Below, one piece after another: positions 62,412 through 64,000 of a DNA stretch of 64,000 nt. A program made the translations under genes and the position numbers. How positions within the stretch are numbered: position 1 is the first letter of the stretch; each line of letters opens with the position of its first letter. The stretch comes from Nemertoderma westbladi (Eukaryota > Animalia > Xenacoelomorpha): positions 62,001-126,000 of the forward strand of contig JAUCBJ010001398.1 of NCBI GenBank assembly GCA_032718475.1. The letters are read 5' to 3'. The notes under the pieces are model-generated. The model ran no database searches. It was not told the origin of the DNA and saw only the letters and a program-made list of their open reading frames with translations.

Positions 62412-63524
62412 AAAATAAATAACACGTTCTAGAATTTTGTGTATTTATTAAATAGAATAAATGGCCTGCTGCGAACAATAATTCTTGCAATCTTTGAATG
62501 CCTATTTCTCAGCTGTTTCTCAACGAAATTCAGATATTGTTACATTTTTGGAATCCTTGTAACGCAAGGTTTCTATTGATATGAAAATTTGCAAAAGATA
62601 TGATATGAAAAGATTAATTTGAATTACGACTAATGTGGAGAATGGCAATGATACGGATGGTGCGATTTCGCAAAAGACACTTTTTTAAAATGCTTGTAAA
62701 AAAAATTTAAAGCGGATATCGAAAATTCCGGCTTCATGGTAACAACCACGGTGAGTTGAACTAGTTGAGTTTCAAATTTCAAGCAATATTGTAAAGATTT
62801 GCAGAAAAATTGTAGAAAATGGTGTATACAGTGAGTCGAAGTGATCAATTTGCATACAATTCATAATAATTTCAGTACAATCGAATATTAAGGGTAAATA
62901 AATTACGGAGAGTAGTTTCCATGCCATCTAGCGTATGGAAGGCATAATACGTACACAAAACAATAATACAATCTATTTAATTAGTATTCAAATAGGGCCA
63001 AAAGTAGCCAAACCAAATATGAAATACAATATGGCAAATTTGGTTTCATCGATCCAAAATTTAGTACCGAAATTTAATTTAATTTGAGTTTATCTTCCAC
63101 CATTTTACAATTTTTTAAACAAGTTAAATTTTTTTCTGGTCAAATATTGTTATAGAACATTGAATTATCAATTATTGAAAGAAAAGAAAATGTTCTAGAA
63201 CATTTTTTTACCCTAGAACATGATGTATATAACATGTTATTAGTGTTTAATTATATTTAAAATGTTACAACGGGTGGAACTCTAACTTTATAATCATGCA
63301 AATGTATTAATAATTCATATAGATTTAGGCCTAGTTAATATTAGCTTGTAATTTACGTAGCCAGTAATTTTAAAGTATAGGATTTTTAATAATTTATGTT
63401 TTCTATTTGTTCTGAGGTAATTAATAAAATTCAAATTATTAAATCATTTTGAATAAAGATTAATCAAAATTAAAATGTTTAGTTATTTTAAGGTTATTTT
63501 AAAATGTTTTGATGTTTTGTTCTA

Positions 63525-63645
63525 AGGCGAGGTAAGTTCAATAGGTTGAGCCCCTTTGCCTGTAATCTATGGGTTGTAGGTTCGAGCCCCACCTGGGTCC
63601 AATCAGCCCTTCATCCCCTGGGGTCGACAACATGAGGACCAGATC
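63525..63645 (+). mobile_element. tRNA-derived SINE head with Nin-like domain
   Basis: B-box GGTTCGAGCCC, then TCAGCCCTTCATCCCCTGGGGTCGACAACATGAGGACCAG. Confidence 0.55.
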
Positions 63646-64000
63646 AGTGAGATCTGCGGGCGCTATGTTGCTGGATCCGCCGGCGCTTTATATGGCTGAC
63701 CGTAAAATCTGGGGCGCTATTTTGTTGGGTCCGCCGGCACTGTGTGTTTATGGCTGACCGCGAGATCTGGGGCGCTATGTTGCTGGGTCCGCCTCCACTG
63801 TGTATGGCTGACAGTGAGATCTGAGGGCGCTATGTTGCTGGGTCCGACGCCAATATGTATGGTTGATTGTGGGATCTAGGGGCGCTATGTTGGTGGGCTC
63901 TGCCAGCACTGTGTATGGCTGATTGTGAAATCTGGGGCGCTATGTTGCTGGGTCCGCCGCCACTGTGTATGGCTGATTGTGGGATCTAGGGGCGCTATGT
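63645..64000. repeat. ~56-bp tandem repeat running off the window end
   Basis: GATCTGGGGCGCTATGTTGCTGGGTCCGCCGCCACTGTGTATGGCTGA recurs six or more times. Confidence 0.9.

Larger units (their letters stand above)
61200..62730. mobile_element. Element with ~260-bp inverted arms enclosing retroelement fragments
   Basis: ~61205-61460 is the reverse complement of ~62426-62725, e.g. AAAAAAGTGTCTTTTGCGAAATCGCACCATCCGT / ACGGATGGTGCGATTTCGCAAAAGACACTTTTTT. Confidence 0.75.

Overview
AT-rich eukaryotic (animal, probably invertebrate bilaterian) genomic DNA with spliced genes and many tandem repeats. Genes: last two exons of an Lhx2/9 (apterous-class) LIM-homeobox gene (+); intronless BDH2/DHRS6 (-); complete 4-exon MCM3 (-, ~788 aa); a 13-exon (~758 aa) secreted, probably GPI-anchored protein with one intact and one catalytically dead M28 peptidase domain (+), divergent from MCM3; a MARVEL-type 4-TM gene nested antisense in its intron 7; and a mucin-like membrane gene (-) with a decayed LTR retrotransposon in its intron. 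The most striking feature is a ~10.2 kb tandem array filling MCM3 intron 3, built from the last ~64 nt of exon 3 plus the 5' splice site. It holds roughly 140-150 decoy donors, with in-frame length classes and many synonymous variants. A 2-copy version of the same exon-end+donor duplication occurs in the M28 gene. Also present are 20-, 21-, 27-, ~28- and ~56-bp minisatellites, a solo LTR with TSD inside a minisatellite, a 934-bp foldback element with 8-bp TSD, MITEs, SINEs and LINE fragments. Exon boundaries were read manually from GT/AG sites and frame continuity; no database searches were run.
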